Virus record (IMG/VR): IMGVR_UViG_3300030101_004109
From: an uncultured virus (IMG/VR IMGVR_UViG_3300030101_004109)
Lineage: Duplodnaviria > Heunggongvirae > Uroviricota > Caudoviricetes
Length of the DNA stretch: 20,000 bases
Reading direction: 5' to 3' (one strand)
Below, piece after piece: positions 7,715 through 15,174 of this stretch; the stretch's first letter is position 1; each line of letters starts with the position of its first letter. Below the pieces are notes generated by a model that saw nothing but the letters and a program-made list of their open reading frames with translations, made no database searches and was not told the origin of the DNA. The translations under genes were made by a program, and so were the position numbers.

Positions 7715-7996
7715 CTATCTACATTTGTTGAGTCCCGTAACGTAACCTTTCATAAAGGCATTAATCATATAGTATAGCTCACGCTTAGAGGTAAAGCCGG
7801 TTAGCTCGTGGGTTCCTCTCGCGTCGTTGTCGATACGTTCGAGCCGCACGTTTCCGGCATTGTGCCCGATAACGTAGGTACCAATGTTGTAGTGGCGAAC
7901 GCCGTCACTCTCTCGACTGTACTCATAGGGGCTCTCCCCCGTAAGCTCGTTAAGGTTGTGTAGCTTTTGGTCCAGAATCTTTTGTGTCACTCGCAT
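7715..7996 (-). CDS. Hypothetical protein
   Basis: ORF track; TTGGAGAGTGATATG. Confidence 0.8.
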   Translation of the reverse strand: MRVTQKILDQKLHNLNELTGESPYEYSRESDGVRHYNIGTYVIGHNAGNVRLERIDNDARGTHELTGFTSKRELYYMINAFMKGYVTGLNKCR

Positions 7997-7997
7997 A

Positions 7998-8333
7998 TCA
8001 CTCTCCAATGGTTACAATTCGGGTTTCGTCGATTAGGGTAAAAACTGTAACGTCTTCACTAAGAAAGGCCCGTACCCATTGACCGAACCACGATTTGTCG
8101 ATCATACCTTCCGATACTTGGGTGAGGTACAGATACAGCGCATACTCTTTACTATCTGTAAAGGGCAACGGTTCTAACCCTTTACGCTCCCTATCGCGCT
8201 GTAGATAATGGAAAGAATCGCGCTGGATTGTGATCGGCTTCCACCGATCGGTGTCCCTTCCCCCTTTGTAGTCGGCCCGCTGGACTTTGTAGCGATCGAA
8301 CCCCTTATACTTTACTGTAATAGCACATGCCAT
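7998..8333 (-). CDS. Hypothetical protein, possible distant paralog of 4929-5249
   Basis: ORF track; TTGGAGAGTG RBS; IT(V/I)K...Y(K/R)VQRAD shared. Confidence 0.8.
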   Translation of the reverse strand: MACAITVKYKGFDRYKVQRADYKGGRDTDRWKPITIQRDSFHYLQRDRERKGLEPLPFTDSKEYALYLYLTQVSEGMIDKSWFGQWVRAFLSEDVTVFTLIDETRIVTIGE

Positions 8334-8410
8334 GTTTCACTCTCCAATGGTAATCGTTGTTTCATTCATTGACACAGTAACAGATAGTGGTCACTATGTC
8401 AAGGAAAGAA

Positions 8411-8674
8411 TCAAGGATAAATAGGACGGGGCTCTCCAATACTCAACCATTGACTGCCACATTCAGGGTCGTTAATACAATCCTGATCGAAGATACCGCC
8501 CATGTATTCAAACAAATCGTCAAGGCATTCCTGATAGCCCACCATATTGCGGGCTACGTTGACATACCATTCACGGGCCAATGGCATATAGTATTCTTTC
8601 GTTCGGTAGTCGAGCAGGAAAGGGTTTTCTTCCAGCATCTTGCTAACAGCACTAAGAAAATCGTCAAGCGACAT
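8411..8674 (-). CDS. Hypothetical protein
   Basis: ORF track; TTGGAGAGT RBS. Confidence 0.75.
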   Translation of the reverse strand: MSLDDFLSAVSKMLEENPFLLDYRTKEYYMPLAREWYVNVARNMVGYQECLDDLFEYMGGIFDQDCINDPECGSQWLSIGEPRPIYP

Positions 8675-8689
8675 TTCTACTCTCCAATA

Positions 8690-9106
8690 TCAGACGTTTA
8701 GACACAATGTCAATAGGACTACGTTACCCTTCTGGCGGGCGGCTCCCGCAAACCATTGACCCCATGCTGCTCGGTTGCGGGAATGCTCGCAATAGTCAAG
8801 CCACCCTTCCATAGCTTCCGACGCTTCCGCTTCCGTTGCATACTTAATCCAGCGGATTTTCCAGTCGCCTTCATCTTTAGAGATACCGTAATCTACGGCT
8901 TCCCAATAGTCAAGGGTTTCTTTTCGATTAGTTTGTTCGTGCTTTGCACGATCTTTCAATTCATCGGCGGCTGCTTTCTGAAAGATAGCAAAGCCAGGAC
9001 CGCTAAACCCTTCCGTGTTTCGGGTATAGTCTCTCAGCACAGATTCGTGCATACGATTTACACGAGATGACAGCTTTTCACCAAGGCACATAGACATATG
9101 TGACAT
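8690..9106 (-). CDS. Hypothetical protein
   Basis: ORF track; TTGGAGAGCG RBS. Confidence 0.8.
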   Translation of the reverse strand: MSHMSMCLGEKLSSRVNRMHESVLRDYTRNTEGFSGPGFAIFQKAAADELKDRAKHEQTNRKETLDYWEAVDYGISKDEGDWKIRWIKYATEAEASEAMEGWLDYCEHSRNRAAWGQWFAGAARQKGNVVLLTLCLNV

Positions 9107-9178
9107 AACGCTCTCCAATGGTAATTGTTTCATTCGATGACACAATAACCGTTAATGACTACTGTGTCAAGGAAAGAA

Positions 9179-9412
9179 TCAGTTAGCCTTTGTTCTAAAT
9201 ACTTCCCGTTGTTTGGTAGTCGGATGGTGACGGTGACGGAATTCGTGTAGCCATTGGAGCCCATAGCGGATGGTTCCCACGTATTGCCATATCTCGCCCG
9301 TTTCGGGGCAACGGCTAACACGATTTCCACCCAACGGGGAACGCTCCAGGGTATCCCAAAGAGCGAACCACGCTTCACGATCTTCGGGGTTAACAAAACG
9401 GATTTCAGACAT
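9179..9412 (-). CDS. Phage hypothetical protein (CPETGEIWQYVGT...HEFRHRHHP)
   Basis: ORF track; TTGGAGAGTG RBS. Confidence 0.8.
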   Translation of the reverse strand: MSEIRFVNPEDREAWFALWDTLERSPLGGNRVSRCPETGEIWQYVGTIRYGLQWLHEFRHRHHPTTKQREVFRTKAN

Positions 9413-9431
9413 AACACTCTCCAATGAAAAG

Positions 9432-9656
9432 TCAAACAATAGGCTGAAAGATATGGGCGGTACCGGTGTATTTCTTTCCACAACACTCACAATAGTGGCG
9501 ACCACCCTTGTCTTCTTCCCGAACATGAATCAAGTAACTTACAGTCTTCAACCATGCAAGGATTAAAGTGTAAGTATTTTCGCAGTCAACGGAAGACCAA
9601 TCGTCATTGACAAGGCCGACCGCACAAGTATGGCAAACATGGAATTCACTTCCCAT
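9432..9656 (-). CDS. Small putative zinc-binding protein (CHTC...CECC)
   Basis: ORF track; TTGGAGCGTG RBS. Confidence 0.8.
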   Translation of the reverse strand: MGSEFHVCHTCAVGLVNDDWSSVDCENTYTLILAWLKTVSYLIHVREEDKGGRHYCECCGKKYTGTAHIFQPIV

Positions 9657-9670
9657 CACACGCTCCAATG

Positions 9671-9958
9671 TCAAGCAAAACAGCTTGAATCTACTTCTTC
9701 AAAATCGTGGCTAAACATAAGCCATACGGCTGTCAATAGCTCGTTATCGTGCCGAGTCCCGTTCAACCACTTAACAGGCAACTCGAACGATACCCAAGTA
9801 TCGCCGGCTTCCGTTACCCATTGTTTATCAAAGGCTTTCCATACTGACCGGCTGGCCAGCCTTTCGCGGACTTCTGACGGGCAGTCGATGGGTACCGCCA
9901 CTCGAAAGGTATTGAATGGCGTAGGACTGGTAAAGAATCGCCGGTTTGAATCGGACAT
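9671..9958 (-). CDS. Hypothetical protein
   Basis: ORF track; TTGGAGTGTGATATG. Confidence 0.8.
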   Translation of the reverse strand: MSDSNRRFFTSPTPFNTFRVAVPIDCPSEVRERLASRSVWKAFDKQWVTEAGDTWVSFELPVKWLNGTRHDNELLTAVWLMFSHDFEEVDSSCFA

Positions 9959-10032
9959 ATCACACTCCAATGGTTAATGTTTCACCCTATGACATACTGA
10001 AACCAATATGTCAAGGGGAGAATCATCAAACT

Positions 10033-10401
10033 TTATGATTCCAGAAAACGCTCACCGCATTGTATCGCTGCGATAAACGCCTCTCTATAATTTGCATCGC
10101 TATCCATAAGCGCTCTAACTTTTGCGGTATCAAGCTCCAATACAGATTTACCGTGGTACCACACAAACCGACGCCCAAATTCGTCTTTCATATTCTGCCG
10201 AAAGACCTTAACGCGGGCAGCGTGTGCCGCTCGCTCACTTAGGAAGATCGGGGCATATATCGATGCTTCTTCCAGACCAACACGACGCCCGTGTGCATCA
10301 TATCGATAGTTCAGAAGATAAGCCTCCTCGCCATCAAGACAGAAGAGGCTATCATCGGGAACATCAAGGCTGTCGTCATACCATCCGGTCAATACAAACA
10401 T
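10033..10401 (-). CDS. Hypothetical protein
   Basis: ORF track; GGGGGTGA RBS. Confidence 0.75.
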   Translation of the reverse strand: MFVLTGWYDDSLDVPDDSLFCLDGEEAYLLNYRYDAHGRRVGLEEASIYAPIFLSERAAHAARVKVFRQNMKDEFGRRFVWYHGKSVLELDTAKVRALMDSDANYREAFIAAIQCGERFLES

Positions 10402-10404
10402 AGA

Positions 10405-10632
10405 TCACCCCCATTCCTGTGGCCAAACCCTAATATCATCGCCCCGACCATTACTCCAATTCGAGTCGGATAGGTCAATGCCTTGTCGGATGCAATAGGC
10501 ACGGCTAAAGACCTTGACGATATAGCCGGGCGGTAGATCCTTAGCCATTTCGATGGCGTCTTCTTTGAATTCAGCGCCGGCCAAAACGGCGTGTGTCAGA
10601 CTGTTAATGACGTAAAACGGGTATTCATCCAT
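10405..10632 (-). CDS. Hypothetical protein
   Basis: ORF track; start MDEYP after TTGGAGAGG. Confidence 0.75.
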   Translation of the reverse strand: MDEYPFYVINSLTHAVLAGAEFKEDAIEMAKDLPPGYIVKVFSRAYCIRQGIDLSDSNWSNGRGDDIRVWPQEWG

Positions 10633-10948
10633 AGCTAACCTCTCCAAGTGATTCCATGATTCGGGACAAGCCCGACCACATAATGCCAAAGGACACGCGG
10701 TCCCGTTGCTTTAGTGGAAGGGTATGAAAGCCACGAATAGCTTTCATAATTTGGGGGGTCCGATCTCCCCCGTGCCGCTGAATGGTAGCCGACAGCCGGG
10801 CACAAACGGCCAGATCATCCAGGGTAGCAGGACTACCCGTAGCGATCTCGCGGAGCCTTCGATCTCCGGCGATCGTTTGGTGAATCGTCTTCATACCACG
10901 ACGGCCAATAACCGCTGCGGCATTGTTAAGATGCTGCACTTGTCGCAT
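10625..10948 (-). CDS. Hypothetical basic protein
   Basis: ORF track; TTGGAGTGT RBS. Confidence 0.75.
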   Translation of the reverse strand: MRQVQHLNNAAAVIGRRGMKTIHQTIAGDRRLREIATGSPATLDDLAVCARLSATIQRHGGDRTPQIMKAIRGFHTLPLKQRDRVSFGIMWSGLSRIMESLGEVSYG

Positions 10949-11018
10949 AGTACACTCCAATGGTTCACCCTATGACACACTAATTATAGTATGTCAAGGG
11001 GAGAATCATCCCAGTGTT

Positions 11019-11318
11019 TCAATTGATAGGCACACCAGACGACGAAAACCGATCACCGGTTTTCATATCCACGGTAAAGTGAATACAGCCGCCCCTACAT
11101 TCATCCCACTCAGGATCGTACTCGCCTTTGTAGGTGTAGAAGGCCCACACGCCGTGATATTCGGTATACCCGTCATTGTATGACCAGTACACACTATGGG
11201 AGCCGGGTTCGGTTTCCGTGCTTTCGATTGTAAAATCTTCTACACGACCACACGACCGGGCAAATTGTTCGCAGGTGTAGGCGGTAGCTTCCGACAAAGA
11301 AGGGAAAGGAATAGGCAT
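11019..11318 (-). CDS. Hypothetical protein; N-terminus MPIPFPS resembles MPITFPS of 6955-7374
   Basis: ORF track; GGAGTGTG RBS. Confidence 0.8.
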   Translation of the reverse strand: MPIPFPSLSEATAYTCEQFARSCGRVEDFTIESTETEPGSHSVYWSYNDGYTEYHGVWAFYTYKGEYDPEWDECRGGCIHFTVDMKTGDRFSSSGVPIN

Positions 11319-11321
11319 AGC

Positions 11322-11387
11322 TCACACTCCGAAGAAAAGAAAGAAGCAGACGCAGAAGGCCACAAAGGGCCAGAACCAATCAGACAT
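11322..11387 (-). CDS. Putative 21-aa hydrophobic micropeptide MSDWFWPFVAFCVCFFLFFGV
   Basis: Full TTGGAGAGTG start motif; fills the gap; stop lies 3 nt before the next ATG. Confidence 0.6.
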   Translation of the reverse strand: MSDWFWPFVAFCVCFFLFFGV

Positions 11388-11427
11388 AGCACTCTCCAAT
11401 TGCTAACATCATAGGCCATAAGTCCGC

Positions 11428-11640
11428 TTATGGCTTTTCGATACCGCGCCTTTTCAATTCCTGCCGATAGACAGAACACTGATCGCGGTACTTCCCCGCA
11501 CGACAGCCCCGTTCCAAGGGCATAGCGCGGTCCAATTCATCCATATCGAACGCCGTAGCGATAGCGTCAGACAACGCACATTGTAGGGTGTACGTGTCCA
11601 TACGACGGGCCATATCGGCCCACACGGCCCACCGATTCAT
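11428..11640 (-). CDS. Phage hypothetical protein (...GKYRDQCSVYRQELKRR)
   Basis: ORF track; ATGA overlap with the upstream gene. Confidence 0.8.
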   Translation of the reverse strand: MNRWAVWADMARRMDTYTLQCALSDAIATAFDMDELDRAMPLERGCRAGKYRDQCSVYRQELKRRGIEKP

Positions 11641-11858
11641 GCCGCTACCGCTTCACCCTTGACGGGCTCCACGGGGTCAGACACGGCGCTCCAGTCGGCG
11701 TCAATGCGAGCCCACGCCCTACCATTGAGACGACGGGCATGGCCCACCCTTTCGCCGGTCGAGAGCAGAACGGGCCCACGACGGGGCGTAGCCCGAATTT
11801 TGGCCCGCAATTCATCAATTCGCTCGTTTGACTTTTCCAAAATTTCTTCGATAGTCAT
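11637..11858 (-). CDS. Hypothetical protein
   Basis: ORF track; TTGGAGTGA RBS. Confidence 0.75.
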   Translation of the reverse strand: MTIEEILEKSNERIDELRAKIRATPRRGPVLLSTGERVGHARRLNGRAWARIDADWSAVSDPVEPVKGEAVAA

Positions 11859-11931
11859 AACAGATCACTCCAATCGAAACCCTAATGTTTCGTCAAAAGC
11901 CACAGACATAGCTATGGCTAATGATGAATCA

Positions 11932-12126
11932 TTACGATCCAGACGGGTACACAAGCTCCATAAGAGCCAAAACCGCTTCCCGGTTTTCGGGCGTATCCTT
12001 TCCAAGGTCCCGCAATTCGAGCACTACACACGATTGCCGGTAAAAGGTATCATCGTCGGGCGTCAAGTCCCGCCCGATACCATGGACAATAAGCGTTAGA
12101 ACCAACAAGGCATCTTTCGTATCCAT
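11932..12126 (-). CDS. Hypothetical protein, first gene of the leftward array
   Basis: ORF track; TTGGAGTGTG RBS. Confidence 0.75.
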   Translation of the reverse strand: MDTKDALLVLTLIVHGIGRDLTPDDDTFYRQSCVVLELRDLGKDTPENREAVLALMELVYPSGS

Positions 12127-12154
12127 GTCACACACTCCAATTGTGATTGTATGG

Positions 12155-13229
12155 CAAAGGGCGTCGGATAACCCGTAAAACTCTCCAAACAGTGTAGAAA
12201 ATGGGGGACCCGCATACCTTATGGTCCTTCACTGCTCCCCTTTAGGCGGAGCACCATCACACACTAAAAGACTCTCCAAACTATCCGACGCCAGCGGTCA
12301 TACAACCGCAAAACGCACGTTTCAGGCTTTCATACCAACCGATCGCACCGCCAATGATTGTCCGTTTCGGCGTTAGTAAGCACATTTAAGGCATAGGGCA
12401 GTACCTACACCCCGTCCCCTCGGAACGGTTTAGCCAACGCTTTCGTTTCCTTAGTGTATGGACCCCATAGGGGTAACGTCGCCGACTACACAATGGGCAC
12501 GGTGCCTTTGTCCACATACAGCCGATCAAACTTAGCTGTATCACCTCTCCCCGATAAATCGGGGGCCACCTAACGACGTTTTAATTCATTGACGCTTCGA
12601 ATCGGTCCGAAACGCTGAGCACTCGTTACCACCGTGCGCCGCTGTCGACGCATGCCGGGTAGGTGCTTTCACCAGATCCCCCGATCACTTGCTCCGTCGA
12701 GGGCACGCTTCCCGGTCCGCTTACAAGGCTTTCAGGGTTGCGTAGCTGTAGCGCCGAATGCGCTACCAATGATGTAAAAGAGATCGTCGCTTTCGCGCCG
12801 TAGCTCCTCAGACCGCTCCTAATGAATTGTGATTTTAGCATATAGAGATCCCACTACTTCCCCGCTTGTCACGGCTATGATCTCGAAAGATCGGGGTCTG
12901 CTTTAACTCCGCTAATACCTTCCCAAGGATGCCGCGTACCATCGGTCAGGGTAGACCGATGCGCAATTTGACGTATCCGATTGACGTCCCCCGCCGCTTT
13001 CCCCGCATACACGGGTTCCACATTAGGTTTTTCGATAAGGGTGCCGGGGCACCGCTGTAGCGTTGATGGGTGGCTGTCCTACTATTACCGTCGTCCATCA
13101 ATCGCTCCCACTATCGGGGCGTCTCTCTTAGCCGTCAAGGCTTCCAAGGGTGGTTCGGGACAAGCCCGAACCGGAACACAAAACATATTCACGATTTTAA
13201 AGAGCGTCGAGATTTTCATCTCGCCCCCC
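12155..13229 (-). ncRNA. Candidate large (~1.07 kb) highly structured non-coding RNA or leader
   Basis: No credible ORF; more than 15 hairpins, GAAA and UUCG tetraloops, G-U pairs favouring the minus strand, long-range stems and a possible pseudoknot. Confidence 0.7.
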
Positions 13230-13230
13230 G

Positions 13231-13268
13231 CTACTAAGAAGTCCGGGGGTTTCCGTCAAGGGAAAAAA
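13231..13268 (-). promoter_or_regulatory. Putative sigma70-type promoter TTTTTTCCC-TTGACG-N17-TAGTAG
   Basis: Same T-tract-CC-TTGAC context as the repeat promoters; -10 imperfect. Confidence 0.5.
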
Positions 13269-14310
13269 TTCATTTTCCCTTTTCGGCCGTTTCCCTATTC
13301 GGGTCACGGGTCGTTCGGGTTTGTTCGCGTTGCGGCGTTCAGCCCTTCCGACAAATGGCAAGTAACGGATTGCGGGCGACTGTGTAGGCGAAACAAAAAT
13401 TAGTAATTAATAGTTGAGAATTCCCATGGTTAGGGTCTTCTCGGCGATCTCCCCAATTGTGTGCTAAGTGTAAAGTTTGGTGAGAATAGGCTGCTGATCG
13501 GGCTTATCGGCAAATGTCAACCAAATGTAAAGGAATCGAGAAAGGCCAAATTAAATTCTCTATTGTCGAGAATCCCCATGGATACAGGGTTTTCGTCAAT
13601 CGGTGCGGCTTGGGGCGGTCCGGGCGTGCCTGGATCGGCGGGGCTGAATCGGTGAGAATCCCCTATCCATCGACATTCTCGGCTAATTTGGGGGGCCAAT
13701 TCTTTTTTTGCCTATATAACGTGTCGGAATATTGGCGAGAATCCCCTATCCATGGGGCTTCTGGTGCTGTTTCGGCTGCTATCCGTTAGCCGCTGATATG
13801 GTGAAGATTCTTCAAAACGCTTTATTGGTGGGCATTCTCGCCGATTCTGCCGGGCTTATTCAATAAGGGGCCAATTGGATGGCACCTCCTGGTTTTCGTT
13901 GAAGATGTTTCAAAACGCTTTATTGGTGGGCATTCTCGGTTTTCCCTGCCACCTTGAAAATTCTTTTAAAACGCCCACGGTCAGGGCGTTTTGGGCCATT
14001 CTGCCACCTATGGCCAGTTTTGACCCCCTATGACCTCAGATCCTTATGGGAATTCTTCACTTTCAATTAGACCCCTCTAATTGATAAGGGGATGGTTTTC
14101 TATATGGGAGGGATTCTATAGGGTAGGGGATAAGAGAGTCTGTACATAGTTTGTTGCCCATGGTTAGGGCGTTTTGAAAGAATTACCATAATGGTTGGGG
14201 AAATTTTAAAAGTTGAGAATGCCGATGATCAGGGCGTTCTGAAAGACCTTCTATGACGTGTCAACACTTTGTGTACAGGGTTTGTCCGGGGTTTGTTCCG
14301 GCCGGCTCCC

Positions 14311-14327
14311 ATGCAATTTCCGTGCCA
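14311..14327 (-). promoter_or_regulatory. Sigma54 (RpoN) -24/-12 consensus TGGCACGGAAATTGCAT
   Basis: Exact match to TGGCACG-N4-TTGCW. Confidence 0.7.
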
Positions 14328-14381
14328 TGTCTGGGTTTTATTTCGAACGTTCGTTACGTACCGGGGGTCTCCTGGCCAGAT

Positions 14382-14412
14382 AAAAGAAAACCCCCGCCGT
14401 TAAGCGGGGGTT
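14382..14412 (-). terminator. Rho-independent terminator
   Basis: AACCCCCGC-TTAACG-GCGGGGGTT followed by TTCTTTT, just downstream of CDS 14445-14759. Confidence 0.8.
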
Positions 14413-14444
14413 AAGAGCCGAGAAGGCCCACTGTCAGGGCGTTT

Positions 14445-14759
14445 TCAGTCGCAGTCGCGGACCGGGTAGACAGTGATCGTCATATAGAGAGGGCTCTCCA
14501 CACTTGTTCCGATATGTTCAGCCGAAACACTGACAATAAGGGCTTTTTCGGCGTAGTCAATCGCCCACTTTTCCGCTTGGGCTTTCCAAGCGTCGTCGAT
14601 TGTTTCGCCCTCCCCAATTGTGTCCTTATCCACCCATACCAATTCATCGACGTCCATAGGGTGCGGCATAATGACCCCTTCACAGCCCCAATAGTCGCGC
14701 CATTCGGCGAAAGTTACGGTGTCAAGGGCATTCCGAACGGTTGTCAATTGTGGTTGCAT
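14445..14759 (-). CDS. Isolated hypothetical acidic protein (104 aa)
   Basis: ORF track; TTGGAGAGT RBS; own terminator. Confidence 0.8.
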   Translation of the reverse strand: MQPQLTTVRNALDTVTFAEWRDYWGCEGVIMPHPMDVDELVWVDKDTIGEGETIDDAWKAQAEKWAIDYAEKALIVSVSAEHIGTSVESPLYMTITVYPVRDCD

Positions 14760-14860
14760 AATACTACTCTCCAAATGGCCGGGAAGATTAAGTCGGCCGA
14801 ATGGCCGGTAATTGCTTTTAAGGCAAGGGGCAAATTTTAAATTTCCGAAATTATTTTCCT

Positions 14861-14877
14861 ATGCAATTTCCGTGCCA
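14861..14877 (-). promoter_or_regulatory. Sigma54 consensus TGGCACGGAAATTGCAT upstream of CDS 14445-14759
   Basis: 20-bp exact repeat of 14311-14330. Confidence 0.7.
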
Positions 14878-14939
14878 TGTTTCGGGCTTGTCAGGAGAAT
14901 GTCAAAACACTGTTTGAATGTTCAGTGTTTTTCTGTACC

Positions 14940-14996
14940 ATGCATGAATCGTGCCAAGGACAAAATATGTCCGTTTTGGTTGGCATGATAATTGCC
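14940..14996. promoter_or_regulatory. Back-to-back divergent sigma54-like sites: TGGCACGATTCATGCA (minus, 14941-14956) and TGGCATGATAATTGCC (plus, 14981-14996)
   Basis: Conserved GG-N10-GC spacing, near consensus. Confidence 0.55.
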
Positions 14997-15105
14997 GCAC
15001 ACTGAATACCTGTACAGGAAATTGGCGGACAGAAATTGACCGTTTCCCGTCTGACCCCCTTCTGAGGGCTTCGGAGTGGTACCGGTCGCCTGGAAGCGTC
15101 GATCG

Positions 15106-15135
15106 CTCACAGGGCCTCACAGGGCCTCACAGGGG
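15106..15135. repeat. Tandem repeat, 3 x CTCACAGGG(C/G)
   Basis: Seen directly. Confidence 0.9.
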
Positions 15136-15174
15136 GATAGTGTCGATCTTACACGAACTCCACCAATTCGGGGC

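Larger units (their letters stand above)
1834..11928 (-). repeat. Dispersed intergenic stem-loop/promoter repeat, 11 copies: 1834-1887, 2874-2923, 4139-4188, 5485-5533, 6109-6158, 7665-7713, 8361-8410, 9129-9178, 9981-10022, 10964-11005, 11889-11928 (degenerate)
   Basis: Minus-strand consensus YTCTTTC-CT-TGACAC...GTGTCA-TN-GAATGAR with compensatory changes; seven copies contain TTG(A/C)CA-N16/17-TANNNT. Confidence 0.9.
13416..14446. repeat. Array of 11 degenerate 27-bp dyad sites GAGAA-nn-CCC-N7-GGG-nn-TTYTS
   Basis: Copies start at 13416, 13482, 13568, 13654, 13737, 13813, 13911, 13967, 14150, 14215 and 14420. Confidence 0.8.

Noticed and set aside
1834..11928. Intergenic hairpin repeats as integron attC sites
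   Set aside because: No paired RYYYAAC/GTTRRRY core sites at the ends, no extrahelical-base pattern, several genes per unit, and no integrase in the window
825..12099. Plus-strand ORFs across the leftward array
   Set aside because: Antisense shadows of RBS-supported minus-strand genes
12786..12818. Hammerhead ribozyme core (CUGAGGA...GAAA on the minus strand)
   Set aside because: Could not find a UH cleavage site with compatible stems I and III; the GAAA is better explained as the loop of CGC-GAAA-GCG
13199..13229. tmRNA 5' end (GGGGGCGA...UCUCGACG resembles tmRNA starts)
   Set aside because: No matching T arm or acceptor 3' strand with G3-U70 and CCA downstream; a local GAAA hairpin explains the sequence
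12155..13229. Group I/II intron or RNase P RNA
   Set aside because: No convincing domain V, P7 core or GAGGAAAGUCC signature seen, and no interrupted gene flanks it
12626..13789. ORFs 12626-12841, 12981-13403, 13461-13655, 13514-13789 and 13517-13699
   Set aside because: No RBS, atypical composition, and they overlap the structured RNA or repeat array; probably spurious
13416..14446. CRISPR array
   Set aside because: Repeats are degenerate and irregularly spaced (about 56-205 bp apart); no cas genes
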